A DNA stretch of 64,000 bases, from the NCBI GenBank assembly GCA_963692865.2, contig OY843592.1, positions 320,001 to 384,000 on the forward strand. Direction: 5' to 3'. Numbering within the stretch: position 1 is the first letter of the stretch; each line of letters opens with the position of its first letter. A program made the position numbers and the translations under genes. Shown here piece by piece: positions 18,744 to 28,298 of this stretch. The DNA comes from a bacterium. Its GTDB lineage: Bacteria; UBA8248. Under the pieces are notes generated by a model, which saw only the letters and a program-made list of their open reading frames with translations, had not been told where the DNA came from and searched no databases.

Positions 18744-19028
18744 AGGGTTGTTGAAAAACCTCTCCTTGCCCAAAAGTGACCACTGCCGTCATTCCAGCGT
18801 TATTGCCGCTCCTATTGTAGGGGCCGCATACATGCGGCCCAGCCTTTTCGCATTCACAATGCGGGTCGCATAATATGCGACCCCTACACTTCTATTGTCA
18901 TCCCGACTAAGGGGGAGTGGTTCTTCTCTTTAGTCGGAAGGAAATGCTGCATAAGAGGGGAGTGGTTTGATAAGCGCACGTCGATGGGGAAATCCATCCT
19001 TTTTGGGGGAGACTTTTCCAACAGCCCC
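18744..19028. mobile_element. TIR-bounded MITE-like element with REP cargo
   Basis: AGGGTTGTTGAAAAA ... TTTTCCAACAGCCCC; internal GTAGGGGC...CCCTAC doublet resembling 6410-6518. Confidence 0.7.
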
Positions 19029-19140
19029 GAGATGCGGAGGCGTCGTTCGATGGCGTATACGTCCACAGGTTCGTCATCGCTGGCCGATTCGTCCCGCGCA
19101 ACGGTATAATCCCGCCATCTCATCGAACGAGGAGAGCGAC

Positions 19141-20463
19141 ATGGAATGCGCGCCGGACCCGACGATTCCGCCCGGGCGCGGAAAACCGGGCAAGGAGATG
19201 ACCCCCGAGGAGGCGAACGGCTTCAAGCTCCTGGGCCACTGCGATTTCGGCGGCCGCAACAAGGGCGACGTCATGCAGCTTCTCGTGAAGGACGACTTCA
19301 TCCTCTGCGGCCACGTGGGCATGTCGGGCGCGGGCACGAGCGTGGTCGACGCGTCGAACCCCCGGAAGCCCAGGCTCGTGAACCAGATTCCCGCCCCGCG
19401 CAACACGCACAACAACAAGCTCCAGATCGTGGGCGACATCATGGTCGTCAACAACGAGCAGTTCGGCGGACGCGGCCCCGACTTCGAACCCTTCAAGGCG
19501 GGAATCGACATCTACGACGTATCGAACCTGCCCGAACTCCGCCCGCTGGGCTATTTCCACACCGGCGGGCGCGGGGTGCACCGGTTCTGGTTCGGCGACG
19601 GGCGCTACGCCTTCCTCACGGCGGGCGATGATGAATACATCGATCAGTTCCTGAAGATCGTCGATCTCGAAGACCCCACCCGCCCCAGGGAGGTGGGCCG
19701 CTGGGCGATGCCGGGCATGCGCATTGATGAGGAGCGCGACTGGCACCAGATGGGCCAGTTCCGCTTCAAGAAAAACCGCAAAGGCGAATACATCCCGCTC
19801 GGCGGCGAAGCGCCCGAGGGGATGAAGAAAAAACGCGCCTGCGTTCACATGTCCATGAACGTGGGCGAGAGGTGCTACGGCGCGTGGTGGGATTCGGGCT
19901 TCATCATCCTCGACATCGCCGACATCACGAACCCCGCGCTCGTAAGCCACACCCAGTGGCCGCCCGAGGAGAGTTCGGCCACGCATTCGGTGCTGCCCCT
20001 GCCCGAGCGGAACATCTGCATCGTCTCGGATGAATGCACGGCGGAGGACATGGAGGACATCCCCAAGCAAATCCGCGTGATGGACATAAGTGACGAGAAA
20101 AACCCGAAGGTGCTCTCCACCTTCCCCCACCCCGAGGGGGATTACGCCGAGCGCGGCGGACGCTCCGGCCCGCACAACCTGCACGAGAACCGCCCCGATT
20201 CGCTGATCGACGAAACCCGAGTTTACATGACGTGGTTCAACGGCGGCCTGCGCGTGTTCGACATCGAAGACCCCTTGAAGCCCAGAGAAGTCGCCCACTA
20301 CGTGCCCGAAACGCCCAGGCGCGACCCCATCCGCCCCCTGTGGGGGAGAGACTACGAACTCCTGCAGGTCCAGGTGGACGACGTCTACATGGCGGCGGAC
20401 GGCAGGGCCTACATCAGCGAACGCCTCGGCGCGGGGGTGTGGATTCTCGAGTCTGATTTTTAG
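19141..20463 (+). CDS. LVIVD-repeat beta-propeller protein
   Basis: Repeated VVDASNP, IYDVSN, IVDLEDP, ILDIADITNP, VFDIEDP strands; GPHNLHE motif. Confidence 0.82.
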   Translation: MECAPDPTIPPGRGKPGKEMTPEEANGFKLLGHCDFGGRNKGDVMQLLVKDDFILCGHVGMSGAGTSVVDASNPRKPRLVNQIPAPRNTHNNKLQIVGDIMVVNNEQFGGRGPDFEPFKAGIDIYDVSNLPELRPLGYFHTGGRGVHRFWFGDGRYAFLTAGDDEYIDQFLKIVDLEDPTRPREVGRWAMPGMRIDEERDWHQMGQFRFKKNRKGEYIPLGGEAPEGMKKKRACVHMSMNVGERCYGAWWDSGFIILDIADITNPALVSHTQWPPEESSATHSVLPLPERNICIVSDECTAEDMEDIPKQIRVMDISDEKNPKVLSTFPHPEGDYAERGGRSGPHNLHENRPDSLIDETRVYMTWFNGGLRVFDIEDPLKPREVAHYVPETPRRDPIRPLWGRDYELLQVQVDDVYMAADGRAYISERLGAGVWILESDF

Positions 20464-20511
20464 GGGGGTTCGAGTATTCAACGACGCTTCAGAAATGAGC
20501 GAGATAATCGA

Positions 20512-21471
20512 TTGAACGACTTCACACATATTTCCTTGGACGTAGAACATGATATCGATAATTGGGAGGTTGCCTATGAGCGCCCGACCGGTTCCCGGGC
20601 TAAGCTGACGCTCATCCGCGACAGAGACAATCAACATTTTATCTTCAAGCTGCCAAAAGAACATCGTGAGCATCAGATTTGGTCGGAACTTCTCGCATCG
20701 TTCATCGCAGGCGATCTTTTGTGCTGGGACGTCCAGCATGTATCTTTGGGCGTTCGAAACGGCAAGCCGGGGAATCTGCTCCACTATATTTACCAACCCG
20801 AAGTTCCAGAACATTTCATCGAAGGCTGGCAACTATGCAAAGAGGTTGACCCTGAATTCGACGTGGACAAAGGACAGCACCATACCTTGCCCTTGATTCT
20901 TCGAACCTACACCGATGTAATTGCCCCGAGCTTCAAGATTAAACGCTCTGATTTTATGATTTTCTGGTCACGGGCGCTTGCTCTGGATACACTGATATCC
21001 AACACGGATCGCCACGCGGAGAACTGGGCTGTTATTGTAACTTCAGAACCTGCAGTCCCGGCCAGAATGGCGGCACTTTACGATCACGGGTCGAGCATGG
21101 GATGTAGGCTGGATCTCGTAGGGCTGGATCGATATTTTGACGAAGATGGCCGCCTCAAAGTAGACCGCATGAACCGATTCAGAAAATCCGGGAGACATCA
21201 CGTTCGTCTCGAAGAACCCATGAAGAATGGAGCCCACTTCGAGCCTCTATGTCACAAATTGTTGGAACATCACCCGGAGGGCCGCGTTGTCTTTGAAGAA
21301 GTAGCCGGAATCGACCTGGAGATCGTGAACAAGTTGGTACATGAGATTGTCGCACGCGTCGAACTGCCGGAGCCCTATGCGCTCACGGATAGAAGGGCAG
21401 AACACATCTATGCTATTCTGAAACTCGGCATGGAGCGCATCGAGAACATCCTCCGCGAGACGAAAAAATGA
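20512..21471 (+). CDS. HipA-like Ser/Thr kinase
   Basis: IFKLP lysine, WSELLAS, LDTLISNTDRHAENW catalytic loop, LYDHGSS; visibly lower GC than flanks. Confidence 0.85.
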   Translation: MNDFTHISLDVEHDIDNWEVAYERPTGSRAKLTLIRDRDNQHFIFKLPKEHREHQIWSELLASFIAGDLLCWDVQHVSLGVRNGKPGNLLHYIYQPEVPEHFIEGWQLCKEVDPEFDVDKGQHHTLPLILRTYTDVIAPSFKIKRSDFMIFWSRALALDTLISNTDRHAENWAVIVTSEPAVPARMAALYDHGSSMGCRLDLVGLDRYFDEDGRLKVDRMNRFRKSGRHHVRLEEPMKNGAHFEPLCHKLLEHHPEGRVVFEEVAGIDLEIVNKLVHEIVARVELPEPYALTDRRAEHIYAILKLGMERIENILRETKK

Positions 21472-22196
21472 CGGACTTGATCACCGACCCCATACAGACG
21501 CGCCGGGCTTTATTTACGTGGCAGCGCCCCCTGGAACAGCCCGGTTCCCGCGACAGGTTCGCGGTCGCCGAATTGTTGCAGTGCGAGGGAGGCGTGGCGT
21601 TCTCTTATCTGGATGAAGGCAGCCTTGCTCCGGTTATGGAAGCTGGATTCCGTGGCTATCCCGGCTTGGCGCTCGGCGATGCGCACGAAGCCGAAACTGC
21701 GCTCGACGTGCTGGCCCGACGGCTGCCGCCCCGAGATCGGCCCGACTTTCATGAATTCCTGGAGACGTTCGGCCTCTCGCCGCAAGCCGATTTCTCCAAC
21801 CTCAGCCTGTTGGCCTATACGGGCGCCCGCGTAACCGGCGACAGCTTCGGCGTCACCGAGACTTTCGATGGTTTCGACCGCCCCTTTCGCTACGTTTTCG
21901 ACGTCTCGGGTTACCGACATTACCGAAACGATGCGCTTGACCTCGCTGTCGATGAACCCTTGATTTTCCGGCTCGAACCAACAAACGAGTATGATTCTGA
22001 TGCAATCGAAATAGCCCGAGAAAATGACGTCCGACTCGGCTACATCAATCGGTTGCAAGCTCAAACGGTACGGGGCTGGATCGAGCACGGGAACATAGAT
22101 GCGCGCGTGTTTAAGGTGAACGGTCGCTCGGCCTATCCACGATTATTCGTCATGGCCGATATCGAGCCGGCCATGCAAAAGGTCCATGCGGCTTGA
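21468..22196 (+). CDS. HIRAN-domain protein, probable partner/antitoxin of the HipA-like kinase
   Basis: ATGA overlap with kinase; N-terminal RRLPPRDRPDF...DSF HipS-like region; C-terminal EPTNEYDSDAI..LGYI HIRAN motif. Confidence 0.82.
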   Translation: MTDLITDPIQTRRALFTWQRPLEQPGSRDRFAVAELLQCEGGVAFSYLDEGSLAPVMEAGFRGYPGLALGDAHEAETALDVLARRLPPRDRPDFHEFLETFGLSPQADFSNLSLLAYTGARVTGDSFGVTETFDGFDRPFRYVFDVSGYRHYRNDALDLAVDEPLIFRLEPTNEYDSDAIEIARENDVRLGYINRLQAQTVRGWIEHGNIDARVFKVNGRSAYPRLFVMADIEPAMQKVHAA

Positions 22197-22230
22197 AAAT
22201 CCCTGCCGTTTAGCTGTTTTAGAGTTATCC

Positions 22231-22950
22231 TCACCCCAGCTTCTCGGCGAAAAACGCGAGGGTCTTCTCCCAGGAGTCCTCGCTCTGCGCGGCGCGGAAG
22301 CGCTCGGGGTTGTCCTCCCACTGGAATGCGTGACCGGCGCCGTCGTAGCGGTGGAAGACGTATTCCGCGCCCGCGTTTTTTAACGCCGCCTCGTAGTCGT
22401 CCACGTCTTCGGGCGAGGGGTTCTGATCCTCGTTGCCGAACACCCCGATGACGGGGCACGCGATGTTCGCGGTCAGCTCGATGGCGGGCGGGTTGCCCGC
22501 GCCGCGCACCTCCTTCACGCCGCCGCCGTAGAAGACGGCGCACGCGGCGTAGCGAGAATCCGTGCACGCGCCCAGCCAGCTCACGCGTCCGCCCCAGCAG
22601 TGGCCGACGATTCCGATCCGGCCCGCGTCCACGCTCTCAAGCGCCGCCAGGGCGTCGAAGCCCGCTTTCAAGTCCAGCGCCGTCTGCGCGTCGTTGAACT
22701 CATCGCGCTTTATCTGCATGTCGTCTTCTTTCGACCACCAGTGATAGAGAAAGGGGACGGACACCGCGTAGCCGTTCTCCCGGTAGCGCGCAGCCGTCTT
22801 GAGCGTGAAGGGGTCGCCATCGATCCCCGCGTGGCCCGGTATGTGCTGGCAGAGCACCAGCCCAGGATGGGGGCCCGCGCCTTCGGGCTCATACAGGTAA
22901 ATCTCCATCTCGCTGCCCTGGACCTGCGCCGTCTCGATTCGATAGCTCAT
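22231..22950 (-). CDS. Dienelactone hydrolase family protein
   Basis: GHCWGG nucleophile elbow, FYGG, D, YDGAGHAF. Confidence 0.92.
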   Translation of the reverse strand: MSYRIETAQVQGSEMEIYLYEPEGAGPHPGLVLCQHIPGHAGIDGDPFTLKTAARYRENGYAVSVPFLYHWWSKEDDMQIKRDEFNDAQTALDLKAGFDALAALESVDAGRIGIVGHCWGGRVSWLGACTDSRYAACAVFYGGGVKEVRGAGNPPAIELTANIACPVIGVFGNEDQNPSPEDVDDYEAALKNAGAEYVFHRYDGAGHAFQWEDNPERFRAAQSEDSWEKTLAFFAEKLG

Positions 22951-23046
22951 CTTTTTCCCTCTCTTTTTTATAAGTATGAAGCCGCGTGATTTGCTCAAAG
23001 ACTACAACAAGGAAACGCTTCGCGCATGGCCGGAAGCGCTCCTCCT

Positions 23047-23367
23047 GGGGTTGTTGGAAAAGCCCTCCTCGCTCAGAATTGACTACTGCCGTCATTCCGG
23101 CGAAAGCCGGAATCCATTTGCGGATGTGGGTGAATGAATAGCGGCGTTTCATTCCCTGACGATGCGCGGAAACCCTGACGAAAGGCAAAAAAGCGTAACA
23201 ATGGATTCCGGCTTTCGCCGGAATGACGAACAAAACCGCATGGCCTCGTAGCTTCCTCGGACAGGCACAGGGGTCTCGGACAACCATTGGGGGTTGTCCG
23301 CTACAAACCCCACTTCCCGGTCGATTCCATTCGCCAAATCACGAAATCAGGACTTTTTCAACAACCC
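23047..23367. mobile_element. TIR-bounded MITE-like element with family B REP doublet (23091-23227)
   Basis: GGGGTTGTTGGAAAA ... TTTTTCAACAACCC; homologous to the 11751 and 24468 elements. Confidence 0.8.
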
Positions 23368-23379
23368 ACCTGATGCGCC

Positions 23380-24342
23380 TCAGGCGTCCTCGAACACGAG
23401 ATTCTGCGGGTTTCCCCGCAGATAGGCCTCCACGTTGTCCACTGCGATGCGCGCCTCACGCTCCACCGCCCCCTCGGTGTGCGCGGCGACGTGGGGGGTG
23501 AGGACGACGTTATCGAGCGAGCGGAACGGGGAATCCCCCGGCAGGGGTTCCTCCGGCTCGAACACGTCGAGGCCCGCGCCCGCGATCCGCTTTTCCCGCA
23601 GCGCTTCGAGCAGGGCGTCCATGTCCACGAGCGCCGCGCGCGAGGTGTTTATCAGATACGCCGTGGGCTTCATCTGCGCGATGCGCTCTTTGGAGATGAT
23701 GCCTCTCGTCTCGGGCGTCACGTGAAGCTGGATCGTCACGAAATCGGCCCGCATGCACGCATCGAGCGTGGCCGCGCGCGCACCGGCCCCGGCGGCGCGC
23801 TCGGGCGTCATATTCTTCGACCAGGCGAGCGCCTCCATCCCGAAGCCCCGCGCCATGGGGACGACCTTGCTCCCGATGTGACCGAAGCCGATCACCGAGA
23901 GCGTCTTGCCGAGAAGCTCCACGCCCCGGACGCGCTCCCACGCCCCCGCCCGCATGGCGGGTCCCTGAAACGGCAACCGCTTCGCCAGGGCCAGGACCAT
24001 CATCATCGTGTGCTCGGCCACGGAGGGACTCCCCGCGCCGGGCGTCACGGCGACGGATACGCCCCGCTCCCGCGCGCGCTTCATGTCCACCGCCCGGGGG
24101 CGCGTGCCCCATACCGAGATGAGGCGAAGCCCCCGCGCCGCATCGAGCAGGGCGGCGTTCCTGAAGTCCGTCTGGTAGCGAACGGTGAGGATAACGTCCG
24201 CACCTGCGATGCGCGCGGCCATCTCTTCCTCACTCGCAGGCCGCTCGGTGAAATGGTCCACCTCGCCAAGCTCCATGAGGCGCGCGAGTTGGGGCGAGTC
24301 CGTGAAGTTGCCCTCGTAGTCATCCGGAATCACGATTTTCAT
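23380..24342 (-). CDS. D-2-hydroxyacid dehydrogenase family protein
   Basis: SVAEH, IGFGHIG, INTSRA, DVFEPEEP, TPHVA; start MKIVIPDDY. Confidence 0.9.
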   Translation of the reverse strand: MKIVIPDDYEGNFTDSPQLARLMELGEVDHFTERPASEEEMAARIAGADVILTVRYQTDFRNAALLDAARGLRLISVWGTRPRAVDMKRARERGVSVAVTPGAGSPSVAEHTMMMVLALAKRLPFQGPAMRAGAWERVRGVELLGKTLSVIGFGHIGSKVVPMARGFGMEALAWSKNMTPERAAGAGARAATLDACMRADFVTIQLHVTPETRGIISKERIAQMKPTAYLINTSRAALVDMDALLEALREKRIAGAGLDVFEPEEPLPGDSPFRSLDNVVLTPHVAAHTEGAVEREARIAVDNVEAYLRGNPQNLVFEDA

Positions 24343-24467
24343 GCGCGCACGCTCCCATCCTCGCCTTCCGGGCGCCACCGCCCCCTCAGGGGTCGGTCTT
24401 CCTTCCTCGGGAAGATCGATACCTGCGGTGCATTCGCCGCCCCCGCCGCTGTAAACGCCCGCTCATC

Positions 24468-24733
24468 GGGGTGGTTGAAAAAGTTCTCCTCGCTCGCAAT
24501 TGGCCACCGCCGTCATTCCGGCGCATGCCGGAATGACGAACAAAACCGCACCACTCGCATGGACAGGTCCCCGTGCCTGTCCATGCGAAGCCAACCACGG
24601 GGATGGACATATTCGATACGGGCGGCCACGGGGGGCCGCCCCTACGTCTCAAAACTTGGGTGGGTATGTATCCCCTCCCCGGTCGGCTCAATACCCCGAA
24701 TCACGAAATCAGGGATTTTCCAACAACCACCCC
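24468..24733. mobile_element. TIR-bounded MITE-like element with collapsed family B REP
   Basis: GGGGTGGTTGAAAAA ... AACCACCCC; GTCATTCCGGCGCATGCCGGAATGAC fused hairpin; shares subterminal TCACGAAATCAGG with the 23047 element. Confidence 0.75.
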
Positions 24734-24884
24734 TGGGGCGGCGATACGCCTCATCGACCAAAAGGTTTACGCCTCCACGGTATACCCCAATATGATTGAC
24801 AGAACATATCGTCTCAAGTAGTGCTATGGAATCGGACGAAACTACGCTTTCCCACCTCGCTTCCAGAGGATGCGCCCGAACGCC

Positions 24885-26063
24885 ATGATGCCGGACCTGA
24901 CCCCCGAAGAAGCCGAGATGGCGCGCCGCGCGCGCCGGATTGCGCGCGAGGACATCCTCCCCATCGCCGCGGCGAGGGACAGGAACTACGCGCCGGGCGA
25001 GGCCTATCCATGGCACATCGCCGACAAGCTCGATGCCGCGGGCTTAAGAACGCTCACCGTGCCCGAGAAGTTCGGCGGCTTCGGCGCGCGGCATCTTGTG
25101 CAGGCCATGGTGGCCGAAGAGATAGCCTACGGAGACCTGGGCGTCGCCGTCTCGATGGATCAGACGTATAAATTCACGCAACTGCTCACGAACGAGACCA
25201 CGCAGGCGCAGCGCGACCTGTACCTCGAAGACTTCATGACTGACCCGAGGGCGCTCCTCGCCCTCGCCACCACGGAGCCCCAGAGCGGAACCGACACCTT
25301 CCTCATGTACGACGCGCCGGGCGCCGGCCCGCGCATGACGGCGAAACAAGAGGGTGATTTCTACGTCCTGAACGGCACGAAGCACTACATCTCGAACGGA
25401 GGACTTGCGAAGTATTACTTCATCTTCGCGAGGACGGCGCCCGAGAAGAAGATGAGCGAGGGCCTCACCTGCTTCCTCGTGCCGCGCGACACGGAAGGCT
25501 TCGAGATCGGCGAGGCGCACTCGAAGCTCGGCAGGCGGCTGCTCCAAAACGGCGAACTCGTGCTCAGGAACTGCCGCGTGCCCGCCCACAACCTCTTCGG
25601 CGAGTGGAACGGGGGCCTGTCGATACTCAAGCGCATGGTGAGCGGCGCGCTCATCCCGGTGATGGGCCCCTCGCGCCTCGCCTACGATCTCGCGCGAACA
25701 GCGGCGCAGGAGAACGGGGCGGCGGATGAGCAGTGGGCGCAGATGGCGCTCACGGAAATGTATATGCTGATTGAGGCGGCGCGGACCTACCTGTATTCTG
25801 CGGCGTGGCATGCGGAAAAGCCGACGGACGATTCGAAACGCCGTCTGATGTCCAAGGTGTTCGCCTCCGAAGCCGGCATCAGGGTCTGCCGCACCGCGAT
25901 GGAGATCTGGGGGAGGACGGGCGCGACCCGGCGCGACGACAGGCCGACGCCCGAGAAATGCTGGCGCGACGTGCTGAGCTACCTCCACGGCTTCGGCACG
26001 AACGAGGCCGTGAAGCTCAAGGCCGCGCCGCTCCTCGCCCCCGCCGGCGTGGATGAATGGTAA
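24885..26063 (+). CDS. Acyl-CoA dehydrogenase family protein
   Basis: TEPQSGTD, LNGTKHYISNG, KLGRR, MSKVFASE. Confidence 0.9.
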   Translation: MMPDLTPEEAEMARRARRIAREDILPIAAARDRNYAPGEAYPWHIADKLDAAGLRTLTVPEKFGGFGARHLVQAMVAEEIAYGDLGVAVSMDQTYKFTQLLTNETTQAQRDLYLEDFMTDPRALLALATTEPQSGTDTFLMYDAPGAGPRMTAKQEGDFYVLNGTKHYISNGGLAKYYFIFARTAPEKKMSEGLTCFLVPRDTEGFEIGEAHSKLGRRLLQNGELVLRNCRVPAHNLFGEWNGGLSILKRMVSGALIPVMGPSRLAYDLARTAAQENGAADEQWAQMALTEMYMLIEAARTYLYSAAWHAEKPTDDSKRRLMSKVFASEAGIRVCRTAMEIWGRTGATRRDDRPTPEKCWRDVLSYLHGFGTNEAVKLKAAPLLAPAGVDEW

Positions 26064-26111
26064 ACTTGAAAATACGAGGTTTTTCGTCACATAACCGATA
26101 AGGAGACTGCA

Positions 26112-27080
26112 ATGCCCGCATACAAGAAATCGGACGCGCGCGCCTTCTGCAAGGAGAACATGCAGGGAATCTGGGCCGCCATCCCCTACCCCTTCGATGA
26201 GAACGACGACATCGACGAGGCGGGCCTGCGCGCCGACATCCGCCACTACATCGACGACCTCGACATCAAGGGGTTTTTCGTCGGCGGGTTGATCGGCGAG
26301 TTCTGGTGCCTCACCAAGGAAGAGCGCCTGCGCGGCCAGGCGATCGCCTGCGACGAGGCGGGGGACGTGCCCGTCATCGCGCACACCGGCCACACCTCGG
26401 CCAAAGAGGCGATTGAACTCACCAACGCGGCGATAGAGGCGGGCGCGACCTACGCGATCCTGGCGAACCCCTACCTCGGCGCGCAGGGGATACCCGAGCG
26501 CGTGCGCGCGTATTTCCGGGAATTCTGCAGCAACGTGGATATCGGCGTGTCGCTCTTCAACACGGCGGCGACCGGCTATTCCCTCTCGCCGGGCCTCGTC
26601 CGGCAGATCGTCGACGACAACGAGAACATCTGCTGCATCAAGAACGCGCAACCCAAACCCCACTGCGACAATGTGCGCGAAGCCGTGGGCGAGGACATCG
26701 TCGTCAGCGACCCGATGGAGACCCAGTGGTTCTTCAGCCGGGCCTATCACAAGCAGCAGACCTTCATGAGCGGCCCGGATCCTTTCCTCATGCAGCGCAC
26801 CGGCAACCTGGGGATGCAGCGATACACCGACCTGATCGACGAGGGGAACCTCGAGGAGGCCTGGACCGCGCGCGAGTCCATGAACCCCATGCGCCGCGTG
26901 GCCGACAAGTGGCTGTGGGAGCCCTGGACGCGGGGGGCGTTCCCCATCGCCGCGCTCAAGAACTGGATGGACCTGATGGGCATGCGCGGCGGCCCCACGC
27001 GCGCGCCGATGATCCCCCTGAGCGCGGACGAGAAGGCGGAGCTGACCTCGGATCTCAAGAGCGTGGGCCTCATCGACTAG
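26112..27080 (+). CDS. Dihydrodipicolinate synthase / class I aldolase family protein
   Basis: PF..D.IDE, GLIGEF..LTKEER, IAHTG, Schiff-base Lys in CCIKN. Confidence 0.88.
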   Translation: MPAYKKSDARAFCKENMQGIWAAIPYPFDENDDIDEAGLRADIRHYIDDLDIKGFFVGGLIGEFWCLTKEERLRGQAIACDEAGDVPVIAHTGHTSAKEAIELTNAAIEAGATYAILANPYLGAQGIPERVRAYFREFCSNVDIGVSLFNTAATGYSLSPGLVRQIVDDNENICCIKNAQPKPHCDNVREAVGEDIVVSDPMETQWFFSRAYHKQQTFMSGPDPFLMQRTGNLGMQRYTDLIDEGNLEEAWTARESMNPMRRVADKWLWEPWTRGAFPIAALKNWMDLMGMRGGPTRAPMIPLSADEKAELTSDLKSVGLID

Positions 27081-27116
27081 CTCGCTGCGTTCCTCGCGTT
27101 CATAAGGATTCGGCGC

Positions 27117-28265
27117 ATGGATTTCGCTCCCGGGGAGGCCACTCTCGCGCTTCAGGGCCTGGCGCGCGACTTCGCGCGTCAGGAAATCGCACAGCACTCG
27201 GATGCGCTCGACGAGGAAAAAGACCCGGAGAAACGCTTTCCCGGGGAGATACTGGACAAAGGCGACGCTCTCGGCCTGCGCACACTCTCCCTCCCGGAAA
27301 GCTACGGCGGAGGGGAAGCCGATCTGCTCAGCCTGTGCTTCGTGGCGGAGGAGATCGGCTGGGGGGATTTGGGCGTGGGCGTCATCTACGCTCAGGACTG
27401 GGCGCTCGCAAACGCAGTATCCCGCCTGTGGGATGAGGCCGCCTTCGCGGCGTTCGCGGAAAATTTCACGCAGGATCAACCGCTCCATCTGGCCCATGTG
27501 AAAATCACAGATACGCCCGCGCCAGAGGATAAGAGTCCTTATCCATCAGATGCGCGCCAGGGCGCATCCATCGGGAAAGATGGCGACGGCCTACGCCTCG
27601 ACGGCGGCGCGCGGCACGTGCTGAACGGCGCGGCCGCCGGCCTTTTTCTTCTGGAGTCAGGTTCTGCGGACGAGAACGAGCGGCAGGTCTTTCTCGTGGA
27701 AAATCGCGGGGGGGCAGGAATCACGGTCGCCCGCTACCATGACCCGATGGGGATGCGCTCCTGCCCGGATGTCGACCTGCGCTTCGAGGATGTAAAGCTC
27801 GACCCTCCGCTCGATTGCACGGACGAGAAATGGCGGAGCGCTACGCACGCTCTCCGCATCCTGCCTGCGGCGGCGGCGGTCGGATGCGCGAGGAAATCCC
27901 ACGAGCACGCGCATGAGCACGCCCGCGAGCGCGTGCAGGGAGGAAAACCCATCATCGAGCACCAGACGGTGGGCTTCATGCTTTGTGATAACCTGATGGA
28001 ACTCGACGCCGCCAGGAGAAGCCTCCAGGCGGCGGCATGGGCGGCGGAGCATGGCGAGAACGCGGAACCCTGGCGGAGCTTTCTCGCAAAGGCCTTCGCA
28101 ACCGAATCGTGCGAGCGCGTCGCGCGCCGCTCGATGGAGGTGTGGGGAGGCGCGGGCTACATGACCGAAGCGCCCATGGAACGGCTGGTGCGCAACGCCG
28201 TGGCCTTTTCCCATGGGTTCGGTATGGGCCACGCCGCGCGCTCCGCCGCGATGGATTTGCTGTAA
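27117..28265 (+). CDS. Acyl-CoA dehydrogenase family protein (degenerate FAD site)
   Basis: RERVQGGKPIIEHQ, WGGAGYMTEAPMER; lacks the TEPxxGSD motif. Confidence 0.85.
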   Translation: MDFAPGEATLALQGLARDFARQEIAQHSDALDEEKDPEKRFPGEILDKGDALGLRTLSLPESYGGGEADLLSLCFVAEEIGWGDLGVGVIYAQDWALANAVSRLWDEAAFAAFAENFTQDQPLHLAHVKITDTPAPEDKSPYPSDARQGASIGKDGDGLRLDGGARHVLNGAAAGLFLLESGSADENERQVFLVENRGGAGITVARYHDPMGMRSCPDVDLRFEDVKLDPPLDCTDEKWRSATHALRILPAAAAVGCARKSHEHAHEHARERVQGGKPIIEHQTVGFMLCDNLMELDAARRSLQAAAWAAEHGENAEPWRSFLAKAFATESCERVARRSMEVWGGAGYMTEAPMERLVRNAVAFSHGFGMGHAARSAAMDLL

Positions 28266-28298
28266 GATAAACCGTGAATGACGCGATGATGCCAAACG

